The notes beneath the pieces are model-generated. The model did not search any database. It had not been told where the DNA came from and was given only the letters and a program-made list of their open reading frames with translations. A DNA stretch of 64,000 nt from Leptolyngbya sp. BL-A-14 (lineage in GTDB: Bacteria > Cyanobacteriota > Cyanobacteriia > Leptolyngbyales > Leptolyngbyaceae), in NCBI GenBank assembly GCA_041937185.1, contig CP166621.1, positions 2,452,571 to 2,516,570 of the forward strand. The letters run 5' to 3'. Position numbers and translations under genes: made by a program. Shown here piece after piece: positions 19,703 through 30,500 of this stretch (positions within the stretch are counted from its first letter, which is position 1; every line of letters begins with the position of its first letter).

Positions 19703-21736
19703 TCACTTATTGTTACTGTTAGCACTGGTGCGAACGCGTTCGGCAACCTTTTCAGGTACTTCCTGGAGGTGGTCATACTGCCAGTGGAAGAACCCAACAC
19801 CCAATGTGAGCGATCGCAATTCCACAATCAGGTCATGCATTTCTGCCTGTGGGATGTGAGCAGCGACTTGGTCCCATCCGTACCAGTCAGCTTTGGCATC
19901 GTAACCAAGAATTTGCCCACGTCGTCCACTGACTAGCCGTAACACTTTTGCCGTAAATTCTGATGGGACAGAAATTGCAACGTTCAGAATGGGTTCCAGT
20001 AGGGTCGGTTCACATTTAACCATTCCTTCTTGCATTGCCACCCGTGCGGCTTGCTTAAAGGCTTGCTCTGAACTATCGACCGAGTGGTAAGAGCCACTGG
20101 TTAGTGTAACGGCCACATCCACGATCGGAAAACCAAGCGGGCCATGAATCAGACATTCACGAACACCCGTTTCAACAGCAGGAATATACTGACGTGGCAC
20201 AACCCCGCCCACAATTTTCTCGTTAAAGTTAAAGCCTTCCCCACGCGGTAGAGGCTGGATATCAAGATAAACATCGCCAAACTGCCCGTGTCCACCTGTT
20301 TGGTGTTTGTACCGCCCATGCACGCTTGTCGTTTTGCGAATGGTTTCCTTGTAAGGTACCTGGGGAAGGTGGGTGTGCATCGGCAGATTGTATTTACGCT
20401 TGAGGCGATCGAGGGCAACCTGAAGATGAATTTCGCCCTGTCCCCAAAGGATAATTTCGTGGGTGGAGTCGTTTTGTTCCCAGGCGAGAGCGGGGTCTTC
20501 CTCTAGTAGTTTGGTGAGAGCACTGCTCAGCTTCACTTCATCACTGCGCTTTTCGGCGGCGATCGCCAGAGCGAACACGGGTGCAATCCGCTCGGCTTTG
20601 GGCAGTTCGCTGACGAGCGCTCGATCAGTGGTGAGTGTATCGCCTGTTTTGATACCATCCATGCGGCCCAACGCCACGATTTCTCCCGCAACGGCTGCGG
20701 TGAGGTTCTGCTGTTGGCTACCCATGAGTCGGTAGATCCCACCTACCCGCACGCCGTTTAGCACAATGCCATCTGTTAACGTACCTTGCCAAACGCGCAC
20801 TAGAGAGAGCTTACCGCCCTGAGGCGTGTAGTAGGTTTTCAGAACCTGCGCGAGGGGAGCCGTGGTGTGAAGAGAAATACCCCGATGATCTGCGGTCGTT
20901 TCAGGATCAGGTGCTTCGCGTAGTAAGGCTTGGAGCAAGGGACGAACCCCAAAATCACGATCGGTCACGCCAATGAACACTGGCACAATCTGATCGGCAC
21001 CCAGTTCCAGTTTCAAGTCCTGAAGGATTTCTTCTTGGGGTGGTTCGATGTCTTCCAGCAGTTCTTCAAGCAGATGGTCATCAAATTCGGCCAGGGTTTC
21101 CAGCATTTCGGCACGGGCAGTTTGCTCTTGCTCACGTAGGGTTGCTGGTAATGGCACGGGGTCAGCCGGGGCACCGGGATGGTAGTGATAGGCTTGTTCG
21201 GTCACCAAGTCGATGAATCCTACCAGCTTTTCACCCTGCCCGATCGGGTACTGGTGTGCCACCAAGGGACGACTAGAGACTTTTTTGAGCGCTTGTAGGA
21301 CATCGGTAAACGCCACGTCGGCCCGATCCATTTTGTTGATGAACACCAGATGGGGAATGTGCCAATCGTCCAGAAATTTGAAGAGGGGAGCCAGGATGAG
21401 TACGCGATCGGCAACGGGTTCACACACCACCACCACTGCATCAACGCCAATCAGTGCGTGGCATGTTTCTTGAGCAAATTCAATGGACCCAGGGCAATCC
21501 AGAAAGGTAAAACGAACGCCGTCGTACTGGGTACTGGCGGCGTTGATTTCTACAGACATTTGGCGATCGCGGGCTTCTGGGCTGCTATCCCCTACGGTAT
21601 TTTTGTCCTGGATGTTCCCTTTACGTGTAATGGCATTAGTCACCGACAGAATGCTTTCTAACAGGGTCGTTTTACCGCTGAGATAGGGACCCACGATCGC
21701 CACGTTTCGGGATCCCGGCAGTGCGTTCTCGTTCAT
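19703..21736 (-). CDS. Elongation factor G paralog (EF-G-like translational GTPase)
   Basis: G1 motif AIVGPYLSGKTTL, G3 motif DCPGSIEF, NKMD, ~680 aa with EF-G domain order. The start is probably the internal Met at 21736; the ORF begins at 21757. Confidence 0.75.
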   Translation of the reverse strand: MNENALPGSRNVAIVGPYLSGKTTLLESILSVTNAITRKGNIQDKNTVGDSSPEARDRQMSVEINAASTQYDGVRFTFLDCPGSIEFAQETCHALIGVDAVVVVCEPVADRVLILAPLFKFLDDWHIPHLVFINKMDRADVAFTDVLQALKKVSSRPLVAHQYPIGQGEKLVGFIDLVTEQAYHYHPGAPADPVPLPATLREQEQTARAEMLETLAEFDDHLLEELLEDIEPPQEEILQDLKLELGADQIVPVFIGVTDRDFGVRPLLQALLREAPDPETTADHRGISLHTTAPLAQVLKTYYTPQGGKLSLVRVWQGTLTDGIVLNGVRVGGIYRLMGSQQQNLTAAVAGEIVALGRMDGIKTGDTLTTDRALVSELPKAERIAPVFALAIAAEKRSDEVKLSSALTKLLEEDPALAWEQNDSTHEIILWGQGEIHLQVALDRLKRKYNLPMHTHLPQVPYKETIRKTTSVHGRYKHQTGGHGQFGDVYLDIQPLPRGEGFNFNEKIVGGVVPRQYIPAVETGVRECLIHGPLGFPIVDVAVTLTSGSYHSVDSSEQAFKQAARVAMQEGMVKCEPTLLEPILNVAISVPSEFTAKVLRLVSGRRGQILGYDAKADWYGWDQVAAHIPQAEMHDLIVELRSLTLGVGFFHWQYDHLQEVPEKVAERVRTSANSNNK

Positions 21737-22445
21737 AAATTCCTCGCCAGCAAACACTAAACAACAGTTGGCTGGCTTAAACGGGAACGGTTTTGGGCAA
21801 AACCTGGAGGTTAAAGCCAGTCAGTCGCCTTCCAGAAGGAGAATCAACCGTTATGCTCCATGCACTGGAATAGCTATGTCATTGATTGTGGGAGCATTAA
21901 ACGAAGCAAGCAAAAACCTCCGGTTTGTCTTAAGGAAAAGTTAAACAATAATGAAGTAGCGTGTCTATTTGTTTTCCCTGCTCAAGCTTGATGGAAAACG
22001 CAAGTTAAGGTTTGAAATGAGCCCCGTAGAAGCGAAGGCCGGCTGTCTTTAACTCTGTCCAAGCGAATTCATGCTGGGGGCTGCATTTCCTAAACGTTGG
22101 ATCTGGATTGCATTGCAATCACCCCACGTCTAGGATGGGGTTCGGATCAGCGGGATGTTATGAACTGCGTAAACTGACCTTTGCTGAAAGTGGTTCAACC
22201 AAAACCCATCCTAAACAAGGCTGACTCGACCAGGAAGTTTAGATGCTTTCTTTAGCATTCCTCGCTTTGGTGGTTTCACCTGATATTTCGTGGAGTCTCC
22301 TGCATAAGCTCATGCATCAATGTTTCAACCACTCGCGACCCAGCCCTCGCTGCCAATTCTATAGACCCAGCTACAAAGGAATGAGCTCTTTGCATTGAGT
22401 TGTTAGCCTATGAGAGTGACCACTAATCATAAAATCTAAAATCGG

Positions 22446-23420
22446 ATGGATGGATTTCTCAATCTCAGTAAACCGATCGGATTCACGTCTCACGATTGCG
22501 TTGCAAAGGTGCGGCGCTTGTTGCAGATGAAGCGAGTGGGACATGCAGGCACCTTGGATCCGTCCGCGATCGGGGTTTTGCCGATCGCGTTGGGCAAAGC
22601 GACACGTCTGCTCCAATTTCTCCGTCAGGATAAAGCCTATCGAGCCACGGTGCGGTTAGGAATCAGCACAACCACCGATGATTTGGATGGTGAAACGCTG
22701 ATGGCTCATCCAGTGACGGGGCTTGATTTGGCAAGCGTCAAAGAAGCTCTGAAGCACTTTCAAGGCACAATCCAGCAAATTCCACCGAACTATAGTGCCA
22801 TCCAGGTACAGGGAAAACGTCTGTATGATCTGGCGCGGGCAGGCGAAGTGATCGTTGCAAAACCTCGTACTGTTCACGTCTTCAGCCTTGAGGTACTGGA
22901 CTGGCGGCCAGGGGACTTTCCTGAACTAGATCTGGCGATCGCGTGTGGTCCCGGAACCTACATTCGGTCGATCGCCCGTGATCTGGGCAATGCCTTGAAA
23001 ACAGGGGGAACGTTGGCAACTCTGACACGCACAGCAAGTAGCGGCTTTGAATTGACAGACAGTCTAACGTTGGAAACGTTGGAAACACAGCAAGAACAAA
23101 AGCTTTTCCAACCCATTGAGCCAGTGAGAGCCTTACTTCACCTGAGTAGGATTGACCTGTCGGCGGCGATCGCTCGTCGCTGGTGCCAGGGGCAGCGCAT
23201 TACCATTCAACCGGATGCAGACGGTCAGTGGAAAGAAGAGGACGCAGAAAAACTGAGGGACGATACAGGAGAACTGCAAATGTATGCAGTACCACCCCTT
23301 CAGCAACCGCTGCGGGTGCATCATGAAGACGGTCGGCTTCTGGGCATTGGTATACCCACCGATACGGAAGTTGGGATTATTTTGCTCTCTCAGATGGTCT
23401 TTGAGAGTGACGTTAGCTGA
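22446..23420 (+). CDS. truB: tRNA pseudouridine(55) synthase TruB
   Basis: LNLSKP.GFTSHD...GHAGTLDP carries the catalytic Asp motif; C-terminal PUA-like extension. Confidence 0.85.
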   Translation: MDGFLNLSKPIGFTSHDCVAKVRRLLQMKRVGHAGTLDPSAIGVLPIALGKATRLLQFLRQDKAYRATVRLGISTTTDDLDGETLMAHPVTGLDLASVKEALKHFQGTIQQIPPNYSAIQVQGKRLYDLARAGEVIVAKPRTVHVFSLEVLDWRPGDFPELDLAIACGPGTYIRSIARDLGNALKTGGTLATLTRTASSGFELTDSLTLETLETQQEQKLFQPIEPVRALLHLSRIDLSAAIARRWCQGQRITIQPDADGQWKEEDAEKLRDDTGELQMYAVPPLQQPLRVHHEDGRLLGIGIPTDTEVGIILLSQMVFESDVS

Positions 23421-24033
23421 TTACTCTAGGCGATTTTCTAACCAGACTTCCAAGTCAGCCAGGGGAGAAACGTTCAGTAAGGCAACTGCCAGTACTTCTA
23501 GCTGAGTCAGGTCAAACAAATTTGCATACCGTTTGCCAATTTCAGTATCGGGGCAATCTGCTGAAACTCGTTGACTAAAGACTCAGGTGGCTTTTCCAGT
23601 CGTTCACGCGATGTAACTTAGGGAGGAAAGGCGCGATCGCCACTGGAAAGTGTTAGCGCAAAATCTCTTTCTAGGGAGAATCATGACCGGTACAAGATGT
23701 CATTGGTAAACAAGACGCATACAGTAGTGCGATCGTACCATTTAAAGGTTTTTACAATCGCTCAGCTTAGATTTCTACCTGTAGCACGAACCTAATATAA
23801 AGTGCCGTGGACAAAAAAGACACATCAGTGATTCAGGAAGGGCGTGGGTTCATTCGTGCTGAGAAAAAGTAGTGCAGCAAAAGGTGCTGGCCTGTCGCGG
23901 TCATGATCGCTCTCCTCTTAACTGAACATCTTACCCACCACTCGCTTTACATTCCTTCACAGTTCGGTTACAGTAAGTACATATTATTCCCGTGCTTCGG
24001 CACACTGTTCATTTACAACGCACTTTTCTTACC

Positions 24034-25116
24034 ATGACAACCACTTTACAGAGACGCGAGAGCGTCAACGTGTGGGAGCAGTTCTGCAACTGGGTGACCA
24101 GCACCGACAACCGCCTATATGTGGGCTGGTTCGGCGTCCTGATGGTTCCCACCCTGCTGTCTGCGACCATCTGCTTCATCATCGCCTTCATCGCTGCCCC
24201 TCCTGTGGACATCGATGGCATCCGTGAGCCCGTCGCTGGCTCCCTCATGTACGGCAACAACATCATCTCTGGTGCGGTTGTCCCTTCGTCCAACGCGATT
24301 GGTCTGCACTTCTACCCCATCTGGGAAGCCGCTTCCTTAGATGAGTGGCTGTACAACGGTGGCCCTTACCAGTTAGTGGTGTTCCACTTCCTGATTGGCG
24401 TCTTCGCTTACATGGGTCGTGAGTGGGAACTGTCCTACCGCCTCGGCATGCGCCCCTGGATCTGCGTCGCTTACAGTGCACCTGTAGCCGCAGCAACGGC
24501 AGTGTTCTTGATCTACCCGATTGGTCAAGGTTCCTTCTCTGACGGCATGCCTTTGGGTATCTCCGGTACGTTCAACTTCATGTTCGTGTTTCAGGCCGAG
24601 CACAACATTCTGATGCACCCCTTCCACATGTTGGGTGTGGCCGGTGTGTTCGGTGGCAGCTTGTTCAGTGCGATGCACGGTTCGTTGGTCACCTCCTCGT
24701 TGGTGCGTGAGACCAGCGAGAACGAGTCAGCGAATGCGGGTTACAAGTTTGGCCAAGAAGAAGAGACCTACAACATCGTCGCAGCACACGGCTACTTCGG
24801 TCGGTTGATCTTCCAATACGCGTCGTTCAACAACTCCCGCAGCTTGCACTTCTTCTTGGGTGCGTGGCCAGTGATTGGAATTTGGTTCACGGCGTTGGGC
24901 ATCAGCACGATGGCGTTCAACCTGAACGGGTTCAACTTTAACCAGAGCATCATCGACTCGCAGGGTCGTGTGGTGGGTACTTGGGCGGACATCTTGAACC
25001 GGGCGAACCTGGGGATGGAAGTGATGCACGAGCGGAATGCGCACAACTTCCCCCTCGACTTGGCAGCGGGTGAAGCGGCTCCAGTCGCTCTCTCCGCTCC
25101 CAGCATCAACGGTTAA
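24034..25116 (+). CDS. psbA: Photosystem II D1 protein (E130 form)
   Basis: 360 aa beginning [21 protein letters not shown]..., with a canonical D1 sequence throughout and E at position 130. Confidence 0.95.
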   Translation: MTTTLQRRESVNVWEQFCNWVTSTDNRLYVGWFGVLMVPTLLSATICFIIAFIAAPPVDIDGIREPVAGSLMYGNNIISGAVVPSSNAIGLHFYPIWEAASLDEWLYNGGPYQLVVFHFLIGVFAYMGREWELSYRLGMRPWICVAYSAPVAAATAVFLIYPIGQGSFSDGMPLGISGTFNFMFVFQAEHNILMHPFHMLGVAGVFGGSLFSAMHGSLVTSSLVRETSENESANAGYKFGQEEETYNIVAAHGYFGRLIFQYASFNNSRSLHFFLGAWPVIGIWFTALGISTMAFNLNGFNFNQSIIDSQGRVVGTWADILNRANLGMEVMHERNAHNFPLDLAAGEAAPVALSAPSING

Positions 25117-25362
25117 TTGACTGGCTCCAAGTGAGTTTGGAAGCGCCCCGTGATGGGGCGCTTTTGCTATGTCTGTCACAGTCATGTCCAACCCCTTTAT
25201 CAGCGCTCATGTGATTAGCCACTGGAAGATCCTTGATTAAAAGAGTTCTATTTTTCCGCAGCTTCAAGCAGCGCGTTAATACAAAAAGCCCCTTGAACCA
25301 AAGTTAAGGGGGCAACTACTGAGTAAAGTGAGGTGACACTGTCTACTTAATTCAAGAACTCT

Positions 25363-25698
25363 TTAGTTCGAGAACTCTAGATGAGGCTCTTTGCAAAAAT
25401 CAAAGGATGCAGGAGCGGACACTCCATCGGCATACACAGCCCGTACCTGCCAGACGCAATTTGAGTCATCAGTTGCGGGTGCCCATTCCATCGTCCCAGT
25501 TTCACCGGGTGCGATCGCGCTGCCAGTAAATTCACCCCATGTGGTGCCATCTTCTGAAGCTTCAACATGTTCAATGGAAGAATTACCGCTGTTGGTCACT
25601 TTGAATGTCCAAGCTGCCTGTGCGGATGTGTGAAGTGCGGTAAGCGCAAGAATAGTAAGCAGACTGAGACAGGGTTTCCAGTAGAGTTTGATGTGCAT
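25363..25698 (-). CDS. Small secreted hypothetical protein
   Basis: Signal peptide MHIKLYWKPCLSLLTILALTALHTSAQA followed by a ~85-aa mature part. Confidence 0.45.
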   Translation of the reverse strand: MHIKLYWKPCLSLLTILALTALHTSAQAAWTFKVTNSGNSSIEHVEASEDGTTWGEFTGSAIAPGETGTMEWAPATDDSNCVWQVRAVYADGVSAPASFDFCKEPHLEFSN

Positions 25699-25929
25699 GA
25701 GAGACTCTTCATAAGGTGAGCTTAGAGTACCCATGCAGAGTGAGAAAAAGCACATCACAAAGCAACTACTACTGAGACTCAAGCTTTTACGCTTAACTCC
25801 ACATAGCAGAACAGACGAACCAGGCTACTTACCAAACCCGATTAGATGCACAAACTTGATAAAGAATCTCTTTCTGAGAAGTAAAGCTCTACCTCCAGTG
25901 GCAAGGTTTCTCTAGCCCTAAACCTTAAG

Positions 25930-25980
25930 ACCAATCGGGATGACAGGATTCGAACCTGCGGCATCCTGCTCCCAAAGCAG
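25930..25980 (-). repeat. att core copy (3' 46 nt of tRNA-Pro plus 5 nt; partial, no 5' half)
   Basis: Matches 58455-58505 exactly. The sequence diverges immediately upstream of the anticodon stem. Confidence 0.8.
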
Positions 25981-26095
25981 TAGTACTGCATTACCAAGAA
26001 CAGCGCTAGACTAGGCAGAGTAGGGGCTATCAGCACTGTTGGCAGGGTAATTAACCATCCTGAAACGTGTTGTAACGTCCCTAATCAGACACTAA

Positions 26096-26117
26096 TTTAG
26101 GGCTGATTTAGGGCTGA
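26096..26117 (+). repeat. Tandem TTTAGGGCTGA x2, identical to 58412-58433 (putative integrase arm-type sites)
   Basis: Exact 22-nt identity at both island ends in the same orientation, each followed by nnCATG. Confidence 0.6.
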
Positions 26118-26120
26118 AAC

Positions 26121-27179
26121 ATGGATGAAATAGAGCGGGTAAACGAGCGCTTAAAAGCTGCGAATGTCCCAGTACGGGTACGTTTGAAAGGAAAAAACTT
26201 GGCGCTACGTGCCACTCTGCCCAAGAAACCTGGAGACGGACTCGGTCGCAAGCAGTACGACATCAGTTTGCTGCTGTCTGCTACCAAAGATGGGCTAAAG
26301 CGAGCCGAGCGGGAAGCGCACAAGCTAGCTCAGAACTTAGCCGAAGGGTCTTTTGATTGGAAGCTTTACATCGGCTCGCAGCATGACCCACTGGCGAAGC
26401 CTATCGCCCAGTTGGTGAATGAGTTTAAGGATGAGTATTGCCGCACTCACCGCATTCAAGAAGCTACCTGGCGGAATACGTGGGCAGGAACGTTTCGCAA
26501 GCTTCCCGTAAACGAGCCTATCAGTGAAGCATTGCTGCTGGCAGCCGTCCTATCGACAGAGCAGGATAGTCGCAATCGTGAGCTTACCTGTCAACGGTTG
26601 CAACGGTTCGCTGCCTTTGCAGGTTTACAGGTGGATCTAAGTAGTTACAGTGGCGCTTATGAGCCAGAACCGCGTGATATTCCAACGGATGAAGCGATCA
26701 TTGAATGGCGCGATCGCATCCCGAATCAAAGCTGGCAGTGGGTTTATGGCATGTTGGCAACATTTGGCTTAAGACCGCACGAAGCCTTTGCCTGCGAATT
26801 TATAGACCCGCTGACACTGAAGGTGCATCAGGACACGAAAACCGGGAGCCGTACCACCCGTGCCATCCTGCCAGAGTGGGCTAAACAGTGGCAGTTAATT
26901 GAGGTGAAGTGCCCCAACACGCGCAGTAAAAGCATCAAAGGCCGTGGTGGGTTGGTGAGCCGTCAGTTTGGCAGTGAGCGATACAACTTACCCTTTGTCC
27001 CCTACGATTTGCGCCACGCCTGGGCAGTGCGGGCATCGGTTGCGAAGGGGCTACCTGTGAGCACTGCCGCTGCGATGATGGGGCACAGTGTCACTACCCA
27101 TACTCGCGTCTATCATCGCTGGTTGAGCGATGCCCAAAATGAGCGGGTCTATCGATCGCTGATTCTGGGTGAAAGTTAA
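26121..27179 (+). CDS. Tyrosine-type site-specific integrase
   Basis: C-terminal catalytic region ...YDLRHAWAVRA...MMGHSVTTHTRVYHRW carrying the R, HxxR and Y residues. Confidence 0.8.
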   Translation: MDEIERVNERLKAANVPVRVRLKGKNLALRATLPKKPGDGLGRKQYDISLLLSATKDGLKRAEREAHKLAQNLAEGSFDWKLYIGSQHDPLAKPIAQLVNEFKDEYCRTHRIQEATWRNTWAGTFRKLPVNEPISEALLLAAVLSTEQDSRNRELTCQRLQRFAAFAGLQVDLSSYSGAYEPEPRDIPTDEAIIEWRDRIPNQSWQWVYGMLATFGLRPHEAFACEFIDPLTLKVHQDTKTGSRTTRAILPEWAKQWQLIEVKCPNTRSKSIKGRGGLVSRQFGSERYNLPFVPYDLRHAWAVRASVAKGLPVSTAAAMMGHSVTTHTRVYHRWLSDAQNERVYRSLILGES

Positions 27180-27511
27180 CCTACGGCTCGGAGCTTGCGA
27201 AAATGCCGCTGCAAGGCTTTTCTGCAACTCGGAATGTGATATTCCCACGTCGGGCGATCGCCCTTGCTGACGTTGCGAATTTCGCCCTTAGCCTCGCTGA
27301 ATGCCCCATCAAGCCGCAATCTCTGGAGATGCTTCGGATTCTTCACGCCTTCATTTTGAAGCGCTGTTGCTGCGACGTTAGGCTCAGCCCACCCTTCAAC
27401 ATGGGCAGGAGTGCCAGCGATATAGTCGCGAAGCTGTCGCACCTCAGATTTAAGCTGGGCCATTTCGAGCAACATTTGGGCAAGCATTTTTTCGGCTTCT
27501 TGGGTCATGAT
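27176..27511 (-). CDS. Hypothetical protein, last gene of the replication operon
   Basis: Its start at 27511 lies 1 nt after the stop of the 1259-aa gene. ORF-track frame 27176..27601. Confidence 0.4.
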   Translation of the reverse strand: MMTQEAEKMLAQMLLEMAQLKSEVRQLRDYIAGTPAHVEGWAEPNVAATALQNEGVKNPKHLQRLRLDGAFSEAKGEIRNVSKGDRPTWEYHIPSCRKALQRHFRKLRAVG

Positions 27512-30500
27512 GCCAAAGCCTCCCTTGTTAACTCTGGAATCGCAGCTTGAAGCGCTCTGAGAGGAATAATCTGCTTGATTGCCGATCGTGCTTCCTCGCA
27601 ATCAGCGGCATCCCACATCTGCCGGATATTATCCAATTCGTCTTTGGAAAACCAGGAAGGTGGAGGCGATGCAGGCGTGTTCTCTCCGTAAGGGGCAGAC
27701 TGCCCACTGTCACGATCAACAGCGGTTTCAACGCTGCCGGGTGGGGTTTCCTGTTTCTCCTCACACTTGCTCAAGAATCTTTCTGTGAGGGCTTTAAGGA
27801 TGGTCTCGCGATCGATGTCCTCTCGATTGGTGATGGCGTACTGGCACTCGCGATCGCTACGTTTACCCTTACGACTGACTTGATCAGCCTCGTAGCCTAA
27901 CTTGCGAAGCAGCTTGTTAACGGTTTGAGTTGGGGTATGCTTTGGCATGATGGTGAGCCGCAAAAAGCGGCGAAACTGGCGTGCACGGAGTAATGCCCAC
28001 TCATGGACCGCGATCGCTTCTGGTGTCGCACTATCCCACTCCAACACGTTGCCATCGATAAACGGTTGTAGTGGGCATTCGTGCAGTAGTTTCGCCTTAC
28101 CTGCAACAACTGATAAACGATGCGCAACAACAAACTGATGGCGCTTCGCAGCCGTGCTGACTTGATATAGCCAGTCCCATCGGTTGATCTGCTGAGCCGC
28201 TTCAGGATGTTGTGACAGCCAAAGCATCTCTGTCGTCTTCAAAAAGCGCCCGCGTTTGGCAATGACTGCCTTGAGAGCAAAATCCACATCGCTAAGCGGT
28301 ACGCCAGGCAATTTGTCTTCCAGCAGGCATTTCTTGGCGACTAACCTTTGCGCGCTTGTTGAACTTGGATCGTTAAGGGCACTACGAGCTAAGGATGGTG
28401 TCAAATGGGACGTGTCAGCTTCTGCCCACTCGATCGCTTTTTCTCGGTCGATTTGCTCTAGAACTGCTTCCCAGTCGTCCGCAATGTGATCGATTCTGCC
28501 CAGAACCTGCTGTGTAACTTCGTGCCCCTGGTTCTCCCAAATCGTCATTAAGTTGTCACGTAAAGCAGTTTTGCCGTAGGCTTCCCGTGCTTTGTAACGA
28601 CTGTAATGCCGTAGGTAAAAACCTAAATCTGTGGTGTGGTCGTTCCACTGCTCATCAACCCGCTGCCATTCCTGAACTAAATCAACATCATCCTGCTGAC
28701 GCTCAGCATGACTGGCAAAATCGATCAGCTTAGCGATGCCGTTTTTGTTACGCCGCAAGTCGCGCAGAATCAGGTCTGGACGAGAACCGCTGTAAAGATC
28801 ATCCTCCGTTGCAGCACGTTCGCAGATATAGCCAAAGCGAGGCACGTCAGTACGCAGTCGATCACAGAGTTGCTTCGCTTCACGTGGTTCCAAGTGAGTA
28901 AAGTGGAACGCCATCCCACTGAAGTAGCCCTCATCATCGTCAATGCTGACGCCACTTCCCATCGTTGGGCTATAGCCAAACACTCTGGGACGACGTTCGT
29001 AAAGCCACTCGGTCGGGTTTTGGATGCACTTGTGCGCCCAGTCCTCCTGTGAGTTTTCAGAGGTGATGAAGACGCAATCAATGCCCTGGTCTTGCAGCCA
29101 GCGCTCAATTTTTGCGAGCCATCGTTGAGAGTCGCTAGTGACAACTAGGTTTTCACCCTTATCTAGGCGGATTAAAATCTCTTCGCCTGTAATTGAGGGG
29201 GAATCGTAAACATAGTAGCTGCGCGGGTTGGTGACTTGCCTGGTGAACTTTAAATGTTCTACCACCTCTAGCCCAGAAGCCTCTCGAACAAAGTCAAGCT
29301 CCAGGTTCGTTAAACCATCCTCGGAAAGAACGATCCAGCCGTCCCGCTTTGCGACTTCCCGAAATAGCTGACGGGTTCGTTCGATCACGAAAGCATGGTA
29401 GTTCTTGCAGGTATCGCCGTAGGTAACTTGCTTAAACGCTTGCCCTGCTTCGTCAACCACAATCAACGGTGGATGATTGGGTAAATTCTCTGGACTGATG
29501 AGCCCGATCGATTCAAAACAGGAAGTACCTCTAAGCCGCCCTTTGTCTCTAGCAAAATCAACCGTCGATCGATGGGGAAGCCCTAAAGTGTTGCCTGATT
29601 GCAGTCCGAGTAAATTGCGTGGAGTAAAAAGCCACTCTAACCCCAGCGGATAGCGTTTGCGGTGCTGCCCTACCAGGTCTTTTAGAGCGGTAGCTGTTTT
29701 ACCAACGCCCATTGTTCCATCGACCAGAATAATCCCTGGTTTGTCCGGTAAGCGCATTAACCCTTTGGGTATGTAGCGCCCAGACTCCCGAATCGTTGGC
29801 TCGATCCTTAACCCGTTTAACTCAGCTTGGATGCGTTCAGTTTCTTCCCTCCAGCGATCGCGTCGTCGTTGTTCTGCTTCCTCCCGTGCCTGTTTGCGAT
29901 CGTCGCTTTCCAGAGACTCTAGAAGTTCTAGATCGCCCTCAAACTCAGCCGTATAGACAGCAACGGGCTTTTGTCTACGCTGCGTCGGCAGTTCGACAAC
30001 GTTCGATGGTCTCGATGGCTGTGGCTGCCAAACTGGAGGCTCTACGCCATGCAACGACAGAAAGGCTTTTGCTTGCTCGACGTACTCTTTACCGCGTGGG
30101 AAAGGTGCCCCTTTGCCATAGGTGGCATAACGCCAATAGGTGAAGGCATCAATCCGCTTTTCGTGCGTGCAGGCAGGGCAAACATAGCCCCATGTGCCTT
30201 TCTTCCCACTGATATAGGCAGAGTTACCAGAAGTCGAATCATGCCAATAGCAACGCCCTCTAGCGTGTTCGCCGCTGGGTTCAAACTGCCAGCTGTGGTT
30301 ATATAGCTCGAAAGCGTCTTTACCCAAGCGATCGCACGTTTGTCTTACTAAATCGCTGAGTTGTGTATCCTCTGATCGCCCTTCCGCCTGCAAGCGCTGG
30401 TTGCGTTGCTCGCGTCGTTGCTGCCGTTCGGCTTCCACTTGGGCTTTTGCTGCCTCATAGCCAGCTTGACCAACTTCTAGGGCAGCTTTCACCAGTGCTG

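Noticed and set aside
24009-25191. Multiple antisense or alternate-frame ORFs overlapping psbA (24009-24293, 24115-24309, 24263-24496, 24373-24678, 24727-25191, 24792-25109)
   Set aside because: They lie entirely within the highly conserved psbA gene in other frames. High-GC shadow ORFs.
25930-25980. Partial tRNA-Pro sequence considered as a tRNA pseudogene
   Set aside because: It exactly duplicates the 3' end of the intact tRNA-Pro 32 kb away, with an integrase adjacent. Better explained as the displaced att core copy.
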